A stretch of 64,000 bases of DNA from positions 14,082-78,081 of IMG/VR virus record IMGVR_UViG_3300005098_000013, one strand, 5' to 3'. This DNA comes from a virus. The notes under the pieces are model-generated. The model was given only the letters and a program-made list of their open reading frames with translations, was not told the origin of the DNA and ran no database searches. Of this stretch, positions 9,570 through 19,528 are shown one piece after another. Every line of letters begins with the position of its first letter. Within the stretch, counting starts at the first letter, position 1. Both the position numbers and the translations under genes were made by a program.

Positions 9570-10211
9570 CTAAGCTCTTCTAAAAAACTCATATACCTTC
9601 TTTGCAGCTTGCCTTGTTGCAACCTTCTTCAGATCTGTCTCATTGAGATTCGCTATGGTCAAAAGTGTCTCATACTTGCCCACTATTCTTGAGGCATTCT
9701 TCTCGCCTACTCCAATATCCATAAGCACTCGCATTGCATCGTAACCTTCTCGTTTCTTGCGCATCGGCAATCTCCATTTACCTTCATCCACTTTTCTAAG
9801 GAAGGTATATGCGAACTTGAGAAACCTTTCGTTTGTTGAAACCCAAAACATAAAGTCAAGTGTCCTGACACATTCGGAAGCTAAACTTCCATAGAAAAGA
9901 TTCTCGTCCTCTTTCTTCACAATGCCTACAATCCCCATAGCCTTTACCTTACACGGGAAAGCATGCATTGCGTTTAACTGCGAAGTAAACCTATGATAAT
10001 CATCTTTAGTTTTTCGCTTTTGTTTCGATAATACTGCATTCAATAAATCTGCTACTGTCTTCCTTTCAATTACACATATCCATTCTGCACCGTTGCGGAG
10101 GCCATAGTCGCCTACTTTCATTGCTTCTACAGTATGCGGAATTTTGAATTTCTTAGCTAAAGTCAACATTCCTTGTTCCCTGGAATCTATAATAATTGTG
10201 GTTTTGGACAT
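9570..10211 (-). CDS. ERCC4/XPF-family structure-specific endonuclease
   Basis: IDSRE, GDY, IERKT motifs; C-terminal HhH (IGVGEKNA). Confidence 0.9.
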   Translation of the reverse strand: MSKTTIIIDSREQGMLTLAKKFKIPHTVEAMKVGDYGLRNGAEWICVIERKTVADLLNAVLSKQKRKTKDDYHRFTSQLNAMHAFPCKVKAMGIVGIVKKEDENLFYGSLASECVRTLDFMFWVSTNERFLKFAYTFLRKVDEGKWRLPMRKKREGYDAMRVLMDIGVGEKNASRIVGKYETLLTIANLNETDLKKVATRQAAKKVYEFFRRA

Positions 10212-10285
10212 AATGGTCTCATGCTTTGGTTACCGTATGAAAGCATTTTATAAAGTATAGATTTTATAGATAATATAGAACGAAG

Positions 10286-10597
10286 ATGAAAGACAATAAC
10301 AAATTCACAGGCATTTCATGCAAACCTGAGACAAAGGAAAGGCTTGCATCTCTTAGATTAGGCATGGAAACCTGGGATGAATTGCTTGAATTTCTATATT
10401 TAAAAGCAACAAGCAATGTTCGAATAATAAGCGTAGAATTATACGATGATCAGATAGAATGGATAAGGAAGCATAATGTGAACTTATCGAAGTTTGTCCA
10501 GGATTCTTTAGATGACTGGATGTATAAAGATGAAGAGGCAAGAACAAAGATAGATGAGAGAAGGTTACAAAGTATGAAAGCATTTAGTGAAGAGTGA
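10286..10597 (+). CDS. double ribbon-helix-helix regulator
   Basis: ETKERL..ETWDELL and NVNLSKFVQDSL; divergent from the ERCC4 operon. Confidence 0.55.
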   Translation: MKDNNKFTGISCKPETKERLASLRLGMETWDELLEFLYLKATSNVRIISVELYDDQIEWIRKHNVNLSKFVQDSLDDWMYKDEEARTKIDERRLQSMKAFSEE

Positions 10598-10718
10598 ATT
10601 TAAAATGGAAAGAGATGAGGCAGATCAGCAATCGGCTGAGAGGGTCAAACCTAATCTGCCAGTCAGGAAAAATGAAGCAAAAATACCTGAATAAAAAAAT
10701 AGGAGGTATGGTAGAAAG

Positions 10719-11744
10719 ATGGCAGAGCAAAGTAAAATGAAAATAGAATCGCTAAGGCGTAGTGTAGAGAAGAAGTTAGGCGTTACAAGAGAAGCGTTCG
10801 ATAAGGTAGTAGAGGCAAAGAGGGGTCTAGTGAAGAAAAACAGCCCAGATCTGTCTGAGGCTGATGTAGAGAAGAGAGTGTTCTTGCTAGTAAAAAGCGA
10901 GTACAAGAAGCAACTGATGTCGCCAGCAATAAATTTTGAAGGTGTAGTGTTGAGCTGGGGAAGAACATTTGATTCAGTAGCACAGATGAGAGCAGATGCG
11001 ATGGAAGCAATGAAAAGAGATGAGGAGCAGGCAATAGCAGAAGGGTATGTAGATGTAGATGGATACCCGTTGGATACAAGAGAAGTGTACAAGTCAGGAC
11101 AACCAAACAGGCAATATGGAAAGAGATTGCCAAAGCACAACTACATACGCAACCTGATAGGTGTGTGCATATATGAAGAGGTACCAAGGCTGTTCAGACT
11201 TGTGTTGAGCGATGTAGTGCCTGTAGACAAGCCAGTTGATCCGGCTACATTGAAAACAAACTTAGAGGTGCCAATGTTTGTGCCTGTAGAGTTCAGGGCT
11301 AACGTGGCAAAAACGCAAAGAGACGATAGGTTTTTGCAGCTGAATCAATCGAAAAGTACTGACTTCAGGTTAAGTGATGCAGAAATAGACATTGCAAACG
11401 TAATGAACTCGGAATTGCTGGATCCCTTCAGAGTAACGCCAGAAGAAGTTGGCGACTACTACGATGCACATGCAACACAACCTGAAAGACTAGTGATAAT
11501 GGAAGGATCTGTGATGATGATAGGTGAAGAGGGCAGCGCTTCAGGTGATGTGTTAGTGATGGTCGATAGTGAAGAGAGCGGCTTTGATTTCATGGGAGTC
11601 AGGTGTTGGGTGCCAAGCAATCTGTTGGAGAAGGCTGATATAGAAGAAGGAGATGTGGTAACTATAATTGGGCAGGCAAACCGTGGAACCTTTGGAGATG
11701 AATCCGTGGATATGGTCAATGTGACCGGTATCTATACGAAATGA
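10719..11744 (+). CDS. putative OB-fold ssDNA-binding (RPA-like) protein
   Basis: C-terminal OB-like strands (EGDVVTIIGQ, VNVTGIY); replication context. Confidence 0.5.
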   Translation: MAEQSKMKIESLRRSVEKKLGVTREAFDKVVEAKRGLVKKNSPDLSEADVEKRVFLLVKSEYKKQLMSPAINFEGVVLSWGRTFDSVAQMRADAMEAMKRDEEQAIAEGYVDVDGYPLDTREVYKSGQPNRQYGKRLPKHNYIRNLIGVCIYEEVPRLFRLVLSDVVPVDKPVDPATLKTNLEVPMFVPVEFRANVAKTQRDDRFLQLNQSKSTDFRLSDAEIDIANVMNSELLDPFRVTPEEVGDYYDAHATQPERLVIMEGSVMMIGEEGSASGDVLVMVDSEESGFDFMGVRCWVPSNLLEKADIEEGDVVTIIGQANRGTFGDESVDMVNVTGIYTK

Positions 11745-12031
11745 GAGCTTATGACGAGTCTGATGTGAAGCTAGGACGACAAGCAGCAGACATTTTGGAG
11801 CAACTTGAGAAGCTTGAACCGTTTAGTGAAGAAGTAAAAGCAAAATTGAACCGTTTTAGTGAAGAGCTGTTCGGCTTCATTCATGGTAAGAAGGAAGCAG
11901 ATCAAATGGCTGAAAGAAGCATTTGCGAAAAGATCTTATGCCGAATATCGAGCGTTAGCACTGCATTGGAAGATATGTCTGTCGAACTGGATTCGATGCT
12001 GAACGAGTTGCCACAGAAAATGAAGCAGTAA
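11741..12031 (+). CDS. hypothetical helical protein
   Basis: ATGA overlap with upstream gene. Confidence 0.55.
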   Translation: MRAYDESDVKLGRQAADILEQLEKLEPFSEEVKAKLNRFSEELFGFIHGKKEADQMAERSICEKILCRISSVSTALEDMSVELDSMLNELPQKMKQ

Positions 12032-12180
12032 GACAAAAGTGTTGGGGTGTGTTGGATGCATAAACCTAGGCAGATTGCCGCAATAGCAAGTAGGTGCATG
12101 AAAGCTTTTGGGCAAAAAGCTGTGATTAAGACTGCAGTGGTGCTGCCAGGATGCACAACCCAACACGTCTCATTTTTTTT
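12031..12180 (+). ncRNA. putative structured RNA of about 140 nt ending in T8
   Basis: Closing stem GTGTTGGG.TGTG / CACA.CCCAACAC; internal ACCTA/TAGGT and GCTTTT/AAAAGC stems. Confidence 0.4.
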
Positions 12181-12181
12181 T

Positions 12182-12264
12182 GGCGCGGTGGTTCATAGAG
12201 GAAGTAACAGCCGCCTAGTTCGATACTAGGATGGAAAAATTAGGTTCGAATCCTAACTGCGCCG
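12182..12264 (+). tRNA. tRNA-like gene, atypical (loop reads CGA)
   Basis: Acceptor GGCGCGG/CTGCGCC; T-arm TTAGG-TTCGAAT-CCTAA; CCTAG-TTCGATA-CTAGG arm. Confidence 0.55.
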
Positions 12265-12295
12265 TTCTATGGATAAAGGTTGGAATAACAAAGGA

Positions 12296-12366
12296 GGGCG
12301 AAAAGCATACGGAGTTGCCTAGTTCCAACGTACGTGGAAATGCCGGTTCGACTCCGGCTTCGCCCA
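12296..12366 (+). tRNA. tRNA-like gene, atypical (loop reads GTA, lacks U33)
   Basis: Acceptor GGGCGAA/TTCGCCC-A; T-arm GCCGG-TTCGACT-CCGGC; TTCCA-ACGTACG-TGGAA arm. Confidence 0.6.
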
Positions 12367-12396
12367 GTTAAGGCAAGTTTAGGTAAGGTAAAGAGA

Positions 12397-12543
12397 ATGA
12401 AATCAATTAGATGCATGTTAGGATTGCATAAGTGGTATTTTCCTATAATAGATGACCGAAGAGTAAGAAGGTGCAGAAGATGTGGGTTGAAACAGCGTGT
12501 ATCTTATAGTGGATCATATAATGATATTTGGAGAAATGAATGA
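12397..12543 (+). CDS. small Zn-finger protein (DUF1660-like)
   Basis: CMLGLHKW...CRRCG. Confidence 0.5.
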   Translation: MKSIRCMLGLHKWYFPIIDDRRVRRCRRCGLKQRVSYSGSYNDIWRNE

Positions 12544-12559
12544 AAGGAGTTGAAATACT

Positions 12560-14446
12560 ATGGGTTGGGATAAGATAAGCGGAAAAAAGGACCAGAAGAG
12601 CCCAGAAGAGAAGGATAAGGAAATAGGAAGTTGGATTACTGCACAACAGAAGATTGAGGTGTCGCCGATTAACTTGGTGGTGTACGGTTTAGATGGTACT
12701 TGTAAGAGCAGCGCTTGTATAGATATCAGAGAAGCCAACGAGATGGATAAGAAGGTGTTTGTAATTGACATAGACGGATCTGCAGCTCCTATTAAGGAAG
12801 CATATTGGAATAATGATGGGAATATAATGATAGTGGATCCAGTGGAGATAACGGTAGAAGGTGACATTGATTGGATTGCTTCATATAATAGAATTTTAGA
12901 TACTTGCAAGTGGCTACGCAAGCATGAGGTTGAGTTGAATCTAAAAGGTGTGGTATTAGATGGCCTAGACACTCTGCTTAAAATATGTGTGGCAGGAGAC
13001 ACTACTATTTATCCGATGGGTTTGCCGCCAATGAAAATTTCGGAATATGTTGAAACTGGAATGACTGTTCCAATTATGACAAGAAGCGGATATGAAACAC
13101 CTTTGCGAACTTTTAAGTTGAAATCCCAATTAATAAAAATAGGCTATGCTTCAGGAGATGAGATTTGTGTAACACCGGACCATCCGTTGCTTGGTACTAG
13201 GGAATATTGGAGCAAACTTGAATTTATACCAGCTTCTGAATTGCAAATCGGTATGAGGTTAGCGGAAATCATGTATGGCCCACAATTTCCATGCTATGGT
13301 TATTCTGCAGCAAAGGCAAAATTTATAGGTATGATGGTTGCGGAAGGGTCAATGACACGCCACTATTCGCCCAAAATTTCAAATAATAAAATTGAACCTG
13401 TAGAATTAGCGCTTAAAGAAGCTTTCCCAGAATGTTATCTTAAACGAGATAGCAAAAATCAATATTCAATTAACTATAGAAAAAACAAAGATGACAAACA
13501 TAGAAAAAACCCGATGAGAACAGAATTGGAACAATTGAAACTTTGGAATTCATATAGCCATACTAAATTTATCCCTGATGTTATAAAATACGGTCCAATT
13601 GAGACAATATCTGCTTTTTTTGACGGATATATTTTTGGTGACGGGTGGCAAACCAAAACAAAAACCGGAAAAAGAATAGGTATGTATACAGTTTCAAAGC
13701 AGCTTGCAGAAGACTTAAGGTTTATTTTATGGAGGCTTGGCAAAAGAACAACTTTATATGTAAACAGATATCACAATGAAGTGGGAAGCAATAAGATGTT
13801 TAGCGATTATCAAGCGAGAATTGGATACGGTATTAGTGTTGATGAACCGGAAATTGCAAATGTCAAAGGTGACGTACGTCTTAAACCCATAAAAACAATT
13901 GAAAGGCTGTCTGGTCTACATGATGTATATGACCTTCAAATGCCATCTGGTAATTTCATAGCAAACAGAATTGTAAATCACAATTGCGAGTACAAAATGA
14001 AGGTAGAAGATCTCAAGGTTAACCCTGCAGCAAGAGTGACCGATTTGTGGTCGTGGCAATTTCGCAACTCTGCTTTCCTTTTGGTAGTGAAGCTCATTAA
14101 AGGTCTTAAGTGTGATAGGCTTTATACGACGCACTTAAAGGAATTGAAAGGATGGGTACAAGAGTCAAAAGGCAAAACTCTAGCCACTACTGGATATGTG
14201 CCAGAATATGAAAAATCAACGCCAAACTTAATGTTCCAAAAATTAAGTGCAACAAGAAATGATAAGGGAAAAGTTGTGGAGTGGAAGGTAAAGGTTGAAA
14301 AGAGCAAGACTAACAGTGCGCTTGAAGGCAAAGAGTATGAAGTGCTTAGGGTGGATCATGCTAAGGATGAGGTTAGTTGGCATGGCATTAAGGAATTTTT
14401 GAGGGAATGCAGACATAAAGAGGCAGGAAGAAATGAGAGGGTGTAA
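12560..14446 (+). CDS. P-loop ATPase (AAA_24/Sak4-like) with LAGLIDADG intein
   Basis: Walker A variant GLDGTCKS, VIDID, Walker B VVLDGLD. Confidence 0.75.
   Translation: MGWDKISGKKDQKSPEEKDKEIGSWITAQQKIEVSPINLVVYGLDGTCKSSACIDIREANEMDKKVFVIDIDGSAAPIKEAYWNNDGNIMIVDPVEITVEGDIDWIASYNRILDTCKWLRKHEVELNLKGVVLDGLDTLLKICVAGDTTIYPMGLPPMKISEYVETGMTVPIMTRSGYETPLRTFKLKSQLIKIGYASGDEICVTPDHPLLGTREYWSKLEFIPASELQIGMRLAEIMYGPQFPCYGYSAAKAKFIGMMVAEGSMTRHYSPKISNNKIEPVELALKEAFPECYLKRDSKNQYSINYRKNKDDKHRKNPMRTELEQLKLWNSYSHTKFIPDVIKYGPIETISAFFDGYIFGDGWQTKTKTGKRIGMYTVSKQLAEDLRFILWRLGKRTTLYVNRYHNEVGSNKMFSDYQARIGYGISVDEPEIANVKGDVRLKPIKTIERLSGLHDVYDLQMPSGNFIANRIVNHNCEYKMKVEDLKVNPAARVTDLWSWQFRNSAFLLVVKLIKGLKCDRLYTTHLKELKGWVQESKGKTLATTGYVPEYEKSTPNLMFQKLSATRNDKGKVVEWKVKVEKSKTNSALEGKEYEVLRVDHAKDEVSWHGIKEFLRECRHKEAGRNERV
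12986..13984 (+). mobile_element. intein (333 aa) with LAGLIDADG homing endonuclease
   Basis: Starts CVAGDT, block B VTPDHP, FIGMMVAEG and FFDGYIFGDG, ends VYDL..NFIANRIVNHN followed by Cys. Confidence 0.93.
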
Positions 14447-14649
14447 GAGTGATAGAATAGAATTGAAGCTGTGTGCTGATTGCAAGTACAAATACAATTC
14501 GGAGGAATGTAAAAGGTCAAGAAAGATTTTGGGTTTGAAGGTTGTGAATGGTGTAGCAAATGAGAAGCAGGAAGATTAAGAAATGGAAAAAGAAAGAGTG
14601 TGCAGGGTTCAAGATAAACATATGAAAGTGTAAAGGGGGAGCAGAGTAG

Positions 14650-15141
14650 ATGGAGATAAAGTCTAGAATGTGGGATATTTTAAAGAAAGAGATGAGATAT
14701 GAGCCTTTTTTGAAGACAGGAGATGCAAGTGGCGATTGGGTAGTCTTTTTGAATGATCAAGTTCAAACGGAAAGGCATGAAGATTGTCTAGTTTTCAAAG
14801 CGCCTTATCCAAGAGAAAGGTTTATTGAAACGAGATATACAAACATAAGAGATAAGAGTGGCAAAGAAGTGTATGAGGGAGACATAATGAAAATCAAACT
14901 TCCACAGATATATTCAATACCTGGAGATCTTGAATTGGTGGGAAGACATGTGCTTAAACCGAAAACGGTTATTGGTGATGTTAGAATTAGACCAGTTAGC
15001 GGCACAGGAATTATAGTTAGAAAGATAGAAGGCAGTGATGACGGTATCAAAGTTGGTAAATTTTTGAAACTCAGACGTGGCAAAGATGAAGTTATCGGCA
15101 ATGTCTTTGAAAATTTTGAAATCATTAGGAAGGTGAAGTAA
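14650..15141 (+). CDS. YopX family protein
   Basis: YTNIRDKSGKEVYEGDI ... EVIGNVFEN. Confidence 0.85.
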   Translation: MEIKSRMWDILKKEMRYEPFLKTGDASGDWVVFLNDQVQTERHEDCLVFKAPYPRERFIETRYTNIRDKSGKEVYEGDIMKIKLPQIYSIPGDLELVGRHVLKPKTVIGDVRIRPVSGTGIIVRKIEGSDDGIKVGKFLKLRRGKDEVIGNVFENFEIIRKVK

Positions 15142-15142
15142 G

Positions 15143-15856
15143 ATGGAGCTTGCAGCAATAGTGCCATTGAGTTGCTTAGATATGGTGAAGGGGTTCAAGT
15201 ACCATCTTGTAGAAGCGTATTGGTTACAAGAATATCCGAAGTACTATGAATTCTTCGAGGAGATGAGCAAGATAGGTGATAAATACCTGATGCTGGACAA
15301 TTCAGAAGGCATCAAACATAGAGTTAGCGATGAAGTGCTTCTGGAATATGCAGATAAGTTAGCAGTGCAGGAAGTGATAATTCCAGATGTGAGTCCGATT
15401 AAGAGTAGAGACAGGAACGGTGCAGCAAAGACACTCGAATTAGCAAGATCTTTCAAAGAGAAGGCGAAAGGAAGTAAGTTTAAACTTATGGGGGTTGCGC
15501 ACGGCTGCAACATAGAAGAGGTGGCTAGGTTGTTGAAGTTTTTTAAGGACGATACAGTGGGCTTTCCGAATAAGGCAGCTATTCCAAGAGAATTTTTGAT
15601 GCGATACTGTAGTATACCAAAAGAGAGAAGGCATATGTTAGGTGCAAGTTCATATATGGAGATAGTAAGATGTAAGGAATTGGCAAGAAGCGTTGACACA
15701 AACTTAGCTGTGAGAGCAGCAGCCTCGAGTTCGTTTATCTTTACATTTAATGACAGGCACACAAGAATACCGTTCGATATGAATATGCAAATCGTGCCTA
15801 TAGGTAGGGTAGAAGCGTACATAAGGTATCTTCAAAAGGCAATAGCAGAAGATTAG
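15143..15856 (+). CDS. TGT/DpdA-like TIM-barrel protein
   Basis: MLDNS, IIPD, MGVAHG, HMLG, SVDT motif order typical of transglycosylase-like barrels. Confidence 0.55.
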   Translation: MELAAIVPLSCLDMVKGFKYHLVEAYWLQEYPKYYEFFEEMSKIGDKYLMLDNSEGIKHRVSDEVLLEYADKLAVQEVIIPDVSPIKSRDRNGAAKTLELARSFKEKAKGSKFKLMGVAHGCNIEEVARLLKFFKDDTVGFPNKAAIPREFLMRYCSIPKERRHMLGASSYMEIVRCKELARSVDTNLAVRAAASSSFIFTFNDRHTRIPFDMNMQIVPIGRVEAYIRYLQKAIAED

Positions 15857-15867
15857 AAGGCTGTAAA

Positions 15868-16194
15868 ATGGAAAAACTAAAAGACGTAACAGTTGCGTAT
15901 TTAGGTATAAAGAACAGCAATGGTTTTGAACTCCCGGAAGACACTCAAATCCTGAATGCTGGCGAAACAGTTCCGGTTACGATTGGATATACTAAAGATA
16001 AGATTGGAGTAGCAAATAACTTTAGGAAAACAGGCAATAAGATCATTGCAAATGTTGAAGTTGACCACACTGAAAAGGATTCAGTTTTCAGGCCTTGCTT
16101 TGAGTATCATGACGATAAGCCTGAAGAAATCAGAATTCTTACAGTGGGGATGTTGCCTAAATCAAGAGACTCTTGGAAAGATCTTGCAGAATAG
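15868..16194 (+). CDS. hypothetical protein
   Basis: ORF in operon. Confidence 0.5.
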   Translation: MEKLKDVTVAYLGIKNSNGFELPEDTQILNAGETVPVTIGYTKDKIGVANNFRKTGNKIIANVEVDHTEKDSVFRPCFEYHDDKPEEIRILTVGMLPKSRDSWKDLAE

Positions 16195-16325
16195 AGTATT
16201 AAGAGATGAAAAGCAAAGAACTCAAAGATGTGAAAATGGTTGTATTGGCTGTGCAAACGGCTTGACAATGAATTTGGTACTTTCCGTGATTGGGAAGCAT
16301 ATAAGAGGGGAAAAGAGCCAGAAGA

Positions 16326-16526
16326 ATGATGAATGCAATCTATTACTGCCCGAAATGTGGTTCTGAAGATATAGAAGTAGTTTGTTTGAACCCGCCTAAA
16401 CCAGATAGAATTTCAATAGATGATTTAGCAAATGGTTTAACTACTTCAATACCAGCAGTTGCCAAACGTTATGTATATAGAGCAAGGTGTAAAAAATGCG
16501 GATATGAAAGGGAGTTTGTACAATGA
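16326..16526 (+). CDS. Zn-ribbon protein
   Basis: CPKCGS ... CKKCG. Confidence 0.6.
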   Translation: MMNAIYYCPKCGSEDIEVVCLNPPKPDRISIDDLANGLTTSIPAVAKRYVYRARCKKCGYEREFVQ

Positions 16527-18916
16527 GTGAAGTATATAATCTTTTTTCGAGTTACTATTATGTGGCTCATGGAAAGCCAGTTATAGTCTTGAAAGCGAGA
16601 GATAGGTTTGGTAGAAGGAAGGTATTCTACGTTCGTAACTTTGTTCCATATTTTTATGGAGTGACAGCTGATGGTAACTTCCGCATGTTCGATGGGGAAT
16701 CCGCAAAGAAGATCGAGGTTAATTTACCAGGTGACGTGAAGTGGCAAAGAGGGTTGTTTGCAAAAACTGGCGAAGCAGATGTGCCATTTTCGCAACGTTA
16801 CCTTATAGATGCTGGGATAACGTGTGGCTTTAAGCAGGAAGGCGATAGATTTGTGCCTGCCGAAGAATTAGATGTTAAACCCAGGACTCTGTTTATTGAT
16901 ATAGAAGTGGAAGCGTTCGAAGGTGTACCGGATTCCAAGATTGCAGCAGAACCTGTGTATACAATAGGCTGCTGGGATTCTTATAAGGAAGATTTTGTCC
17001 AGTTTGTGGCAAAAGGTCTTGACGAAGCATCTCAAAGAGAGTTACTATTAGAATTTTTTGATTATTTTAAAGAAAGAGATTTCGACTTAATAAGTGGTTG
17101 GAACGTTTTCTTTGATGTAGATTATCTCATATCGAAGGCAGAGGCTGTACATGCAAGGTATGATAATAAACTTGGGAGAGTTAATAGAGGCGAAAGGTGG
17201 ATTGATATAGCAGGTTGTGAAGTTTTCGACTTGCTACCTGCTTACAAAAAGTTTTTCCAGCAAACAAAATTCGATTCATATGCATTAGATTTCATCTATC
17301 ATAAGGATTTCGATAAGGAACTACTAAAATATGATTACAGCACAACTGGCTTCGATCAAATAGATTGGATCTGTGAATGCAACAAAACTCACGTAATGGC
17401 ATGTGCAGAATTAGACAAGCGTTGGAACTTGATAGGTTTGTTCGACCAGATAAGGAGGTTGAATGGCTGCACATATAGGCAATCTCTCACAGCATCTTCT
17501 TATGTAGATGTATCGCTGCTCCGAAGAGCCCATGAAAAGGGTTTTGTGTTGCCAACTAATGTAGGCAGAGACGAAAAGAAACCTGATTTTGGCGGGGGCT
17601 TTGTATTAGAACCACCCAAAGGTGTACACAAGAACGTAGTGGTTTTAGATTTCAAGAAGATGTATCCTTCTATTATAATTGGACATAATATGAGCTGCGA
17701 AACTATCAGTAAGGTTCCGATAGAGGATGCGTATGAGGTTGACGGCGTCTGGTTTAAGAAAGAACCGGTTGGTATAATGCCTGAGATGATGGTTGAATTC
17801 ATTGAAAGAAGGAATGCCGTAAAGAAAGAAATGAAGAAGTATGAACACGGAACGCCGGAATTTGAGAGGCTTCACGCAGTTCAGTACGCTTTGAAGCAAA
17901 ACGTCGATAGCGTCTTCGGGATTAATGCTTTGCCTGCTTTTAGAATGTATGAACCTCTTATATCAAAGTCTACAACGTTTGTAGGCAGAAAGTTCATTAA
18001 GAAGGCAATAGAAACTGTTGAAAGGAACGGATACCAAGCCATTTACACAGACACCGACAGTGTAATGTTCTCTGTAGGAAACACAGACAGTGACAAGGAA
18101 GCGAGGAAGCTGTTGATGAAAGTCGGAACGGAGATGGAAGGGGTTGTGAATAAAGGGCTTGAAGAAATGAGAGTAGAGCTCGGACTAGCATATCCGATTG
18201 AAGTAGATTTCGAGATGGGCTATGGTACAATTTTGTTTAAGCAAGCTTCAAGTAGCTTTAAGCAATCAAAAAAGTTTAGAACTGGCAGGAAGAAAAAGGA
18301 GAAGGTGGCTAAGAAGCGGTATGCTGGGAGAGTGTTAATAGAAGATAAAAAAGAGGTTGACTTTATTAAGATCAGAGGCATGGAGACTAGGAGGAGTGAT
18401 TCGTCAATTGTGACGAGAGAGATACAGAAGGAGTTGTTCAGGCTTATTTTGTATGGGGCTAGTAGAGGTGAGATAAAGGAGTTTCTGAGGGGCCAGGCTA
18501 AGAGGTTCAAGGAGTTGCCTTTGGAAGAGTTTGGTATACCTAGAAGGCTGGGTATGCCTATTGAAGCGTATAGTAATCCTGCAACTGTAAGAAGCGTTAC
18601 ATATGCTAATAAGTATCTGGGAGAAGATATAAAAGAAGGCCAACGTTGTTATGATGTACTCGTAAAGCGAATTACTAAACCAGAGTGGCCACAAAAAATA
18701 GAGATTAGAACTAAGAGTAGTAAGATGAAGATGTATCCTGTAGATCGGGTTTCACTAACCAAAGCAGTGCCGGAAGGAATTGTGATAGATTGGGATAAGC
18801 AAATTAGGAAAATTTTCAGAGACAAAATGGAGCCTATACTCGATAGTGCAGGAATTAGTTGGACAGAAGTCTTTGAATATCACAAAGCAACAACATTAAA
18901 GGAATGGGGCGCCTAA
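16523..18916 (+). CDS. polB: family B DNA polymerase
   Basis: Exo I DIE, SGWN..FD; pol motifs DFKKMYPS, KQNVDSVFG, YTDTDS, KKRY. Confidence 0.96.
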   Translation: MSEVYNLFSSYYYVAHGKPVIVLKARDRFGRRKVFYVRNFVPYFYGVTADGNFRMFDGESAKKIEVNLPGDVKWQRGLFAKTGEADVPFSQRYLIDAGITCGFKQEGDRFVPAEELDVKPRTLFIDIEVEAFEGVPDSKIAAEPVYTIGCWDSYKEDFVQFVAKGLDEASQRELLLEFFDYFKERDFDLISGWNVFFDVDYLISKAEAVHARYDNKLGRVNRGERWIDIAGCEVFDLLPAYKKFFQQTKFDSYALDFIYHKDFDKELLKYDYSTTGFDQIDWICECNKTHVMACAELDKRWNLIGLFDQIRRLNGCTYRQSLTASSYVDVSLLRRAHEKGFVLPTNVGRDEKKPDFGGGFVLEPPKGVHKNVVVLDFKKMYPSIIIGHNMSCETISKVPIEDAYEVDGVWFKKEPVGIMPEMMVEFIERRNAVKKEMKKYEHGTPEFERLHAVQYALKQNVDSVFGINALPAFRMYEPLISKSTTFVGRKFIKKAIETVERNGYQAIYTDTDSVMFSVGNTDSDKEARKLLMKVGTEMEGVVNKGLEEMRVELGLAYPIEVDFEMGYGTILFKQASSSFKQSKKFRTGRKKKEKVAKKRYAGRVLIEDKKEVDFIKIRGMETRRSDSSIVTREIQKELFRLILYGASRGEIKEFLRGQAKRFKELPLEEFGIPRRLGMPIEAYSNPATVRSVTYANKYLGEDIKEGQRCYDVLVKRITKPEWPQKIEIRTKSSKMKMYPVDRVSLTKAVPEGIVIDWDKQIRKIFRDKMEPILDSAGISWTEVFEYHKATTLKEWGA

Positions 18917-19338
18917 AGATGGATGAGAATGAATATCTAGAACAAGGATTGAACTTTCCTTTACACAGAATAGATAAGTATTCTTATGAGGGAAAGTTGG
19001 TGAAGGGAACACCAGGAGCTGCAGGTTACGACATTGTACTGCAAAAGACACAAAAAGTAGGACCGAAGATGTTCAGTAGGATAGATTTGGGTTTGAGGTT
19101 TGTAAAAGGCTTGCCAGCGCCTGCATTCCTAATATTAAGAAGTGCATATCATTATGCTGGGCTAATTCAAACATCACCTGGTCTTATTGACAAAGATTTC
19201 ACAGGTAAACTTTTCCTAGTAGTGTATTCGGTAAAGCAAACTGACTTAATACTAGAAGCAGGTAATAGGTTAGCACAGCTGGTATTCTTTGATGAGCTGA
19301 AGCCGTACGAGGTTGAGATATTAAGGAGCGAAAGATGA
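18904..19338 (+). CDS. dut: trimeric dUTPase-like protein lacking motif V
   Basis: AAGYD, RS, GLIDKDFTG, GNRLAQLV. Confidence 0.75.
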   Translation: MGRLKMDENEYLEQGLNFPLHRIDKYSYEGKLVKGTPGAAGYDIVLQKTQKVGPKMFSRIDLGLRFVKGLPAPAFLILRSAYHYAGLIQTSPGLIDKDFTGKLFLVVYSVKQTDLILEAGNRLAQLVFFDELKPYEVEILRSER

Positions 19339-19526
19339 CGAAAGACAGATTTTTATTGCTTAATTTTAAACGCCGAACGAGAAGAAGTGTTTGGGAAGTC
19401 GATGAATCAGATTTACCAATGATGGCTAAGTGGTTGATTGAAATAGAAGAAGAGTTAAAGGAGCTGAAAAGAGATGAGAAATTGTCAAAAAAGCATGATG
19501 TTAAGGTATTAAGAGAAGAGAGGTAA
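19335..19526 (+). CDS. hypothetical protein
   Basis: Overlap-coupled ORF. Confidence 0.45.
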   Translation: MTKDRFLLLNFKRRTRRSVWEVDESDLPMMAKWLIEIEEELKELKRDEKLSKKHDVKVLREER

Positions 19527-19528
19527 AG

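Noticed and set aside
12047-12229. 60-aa ORF and the 5' part of ORF 12334-12543
   Set aside because: Overlap the structured/tRNA-like elements and lack coding features
15868-16194. Faint resemblance to a prohead protease fold
   Set aside because: No catalytic His/Ser motifs visible; wrong genomic context
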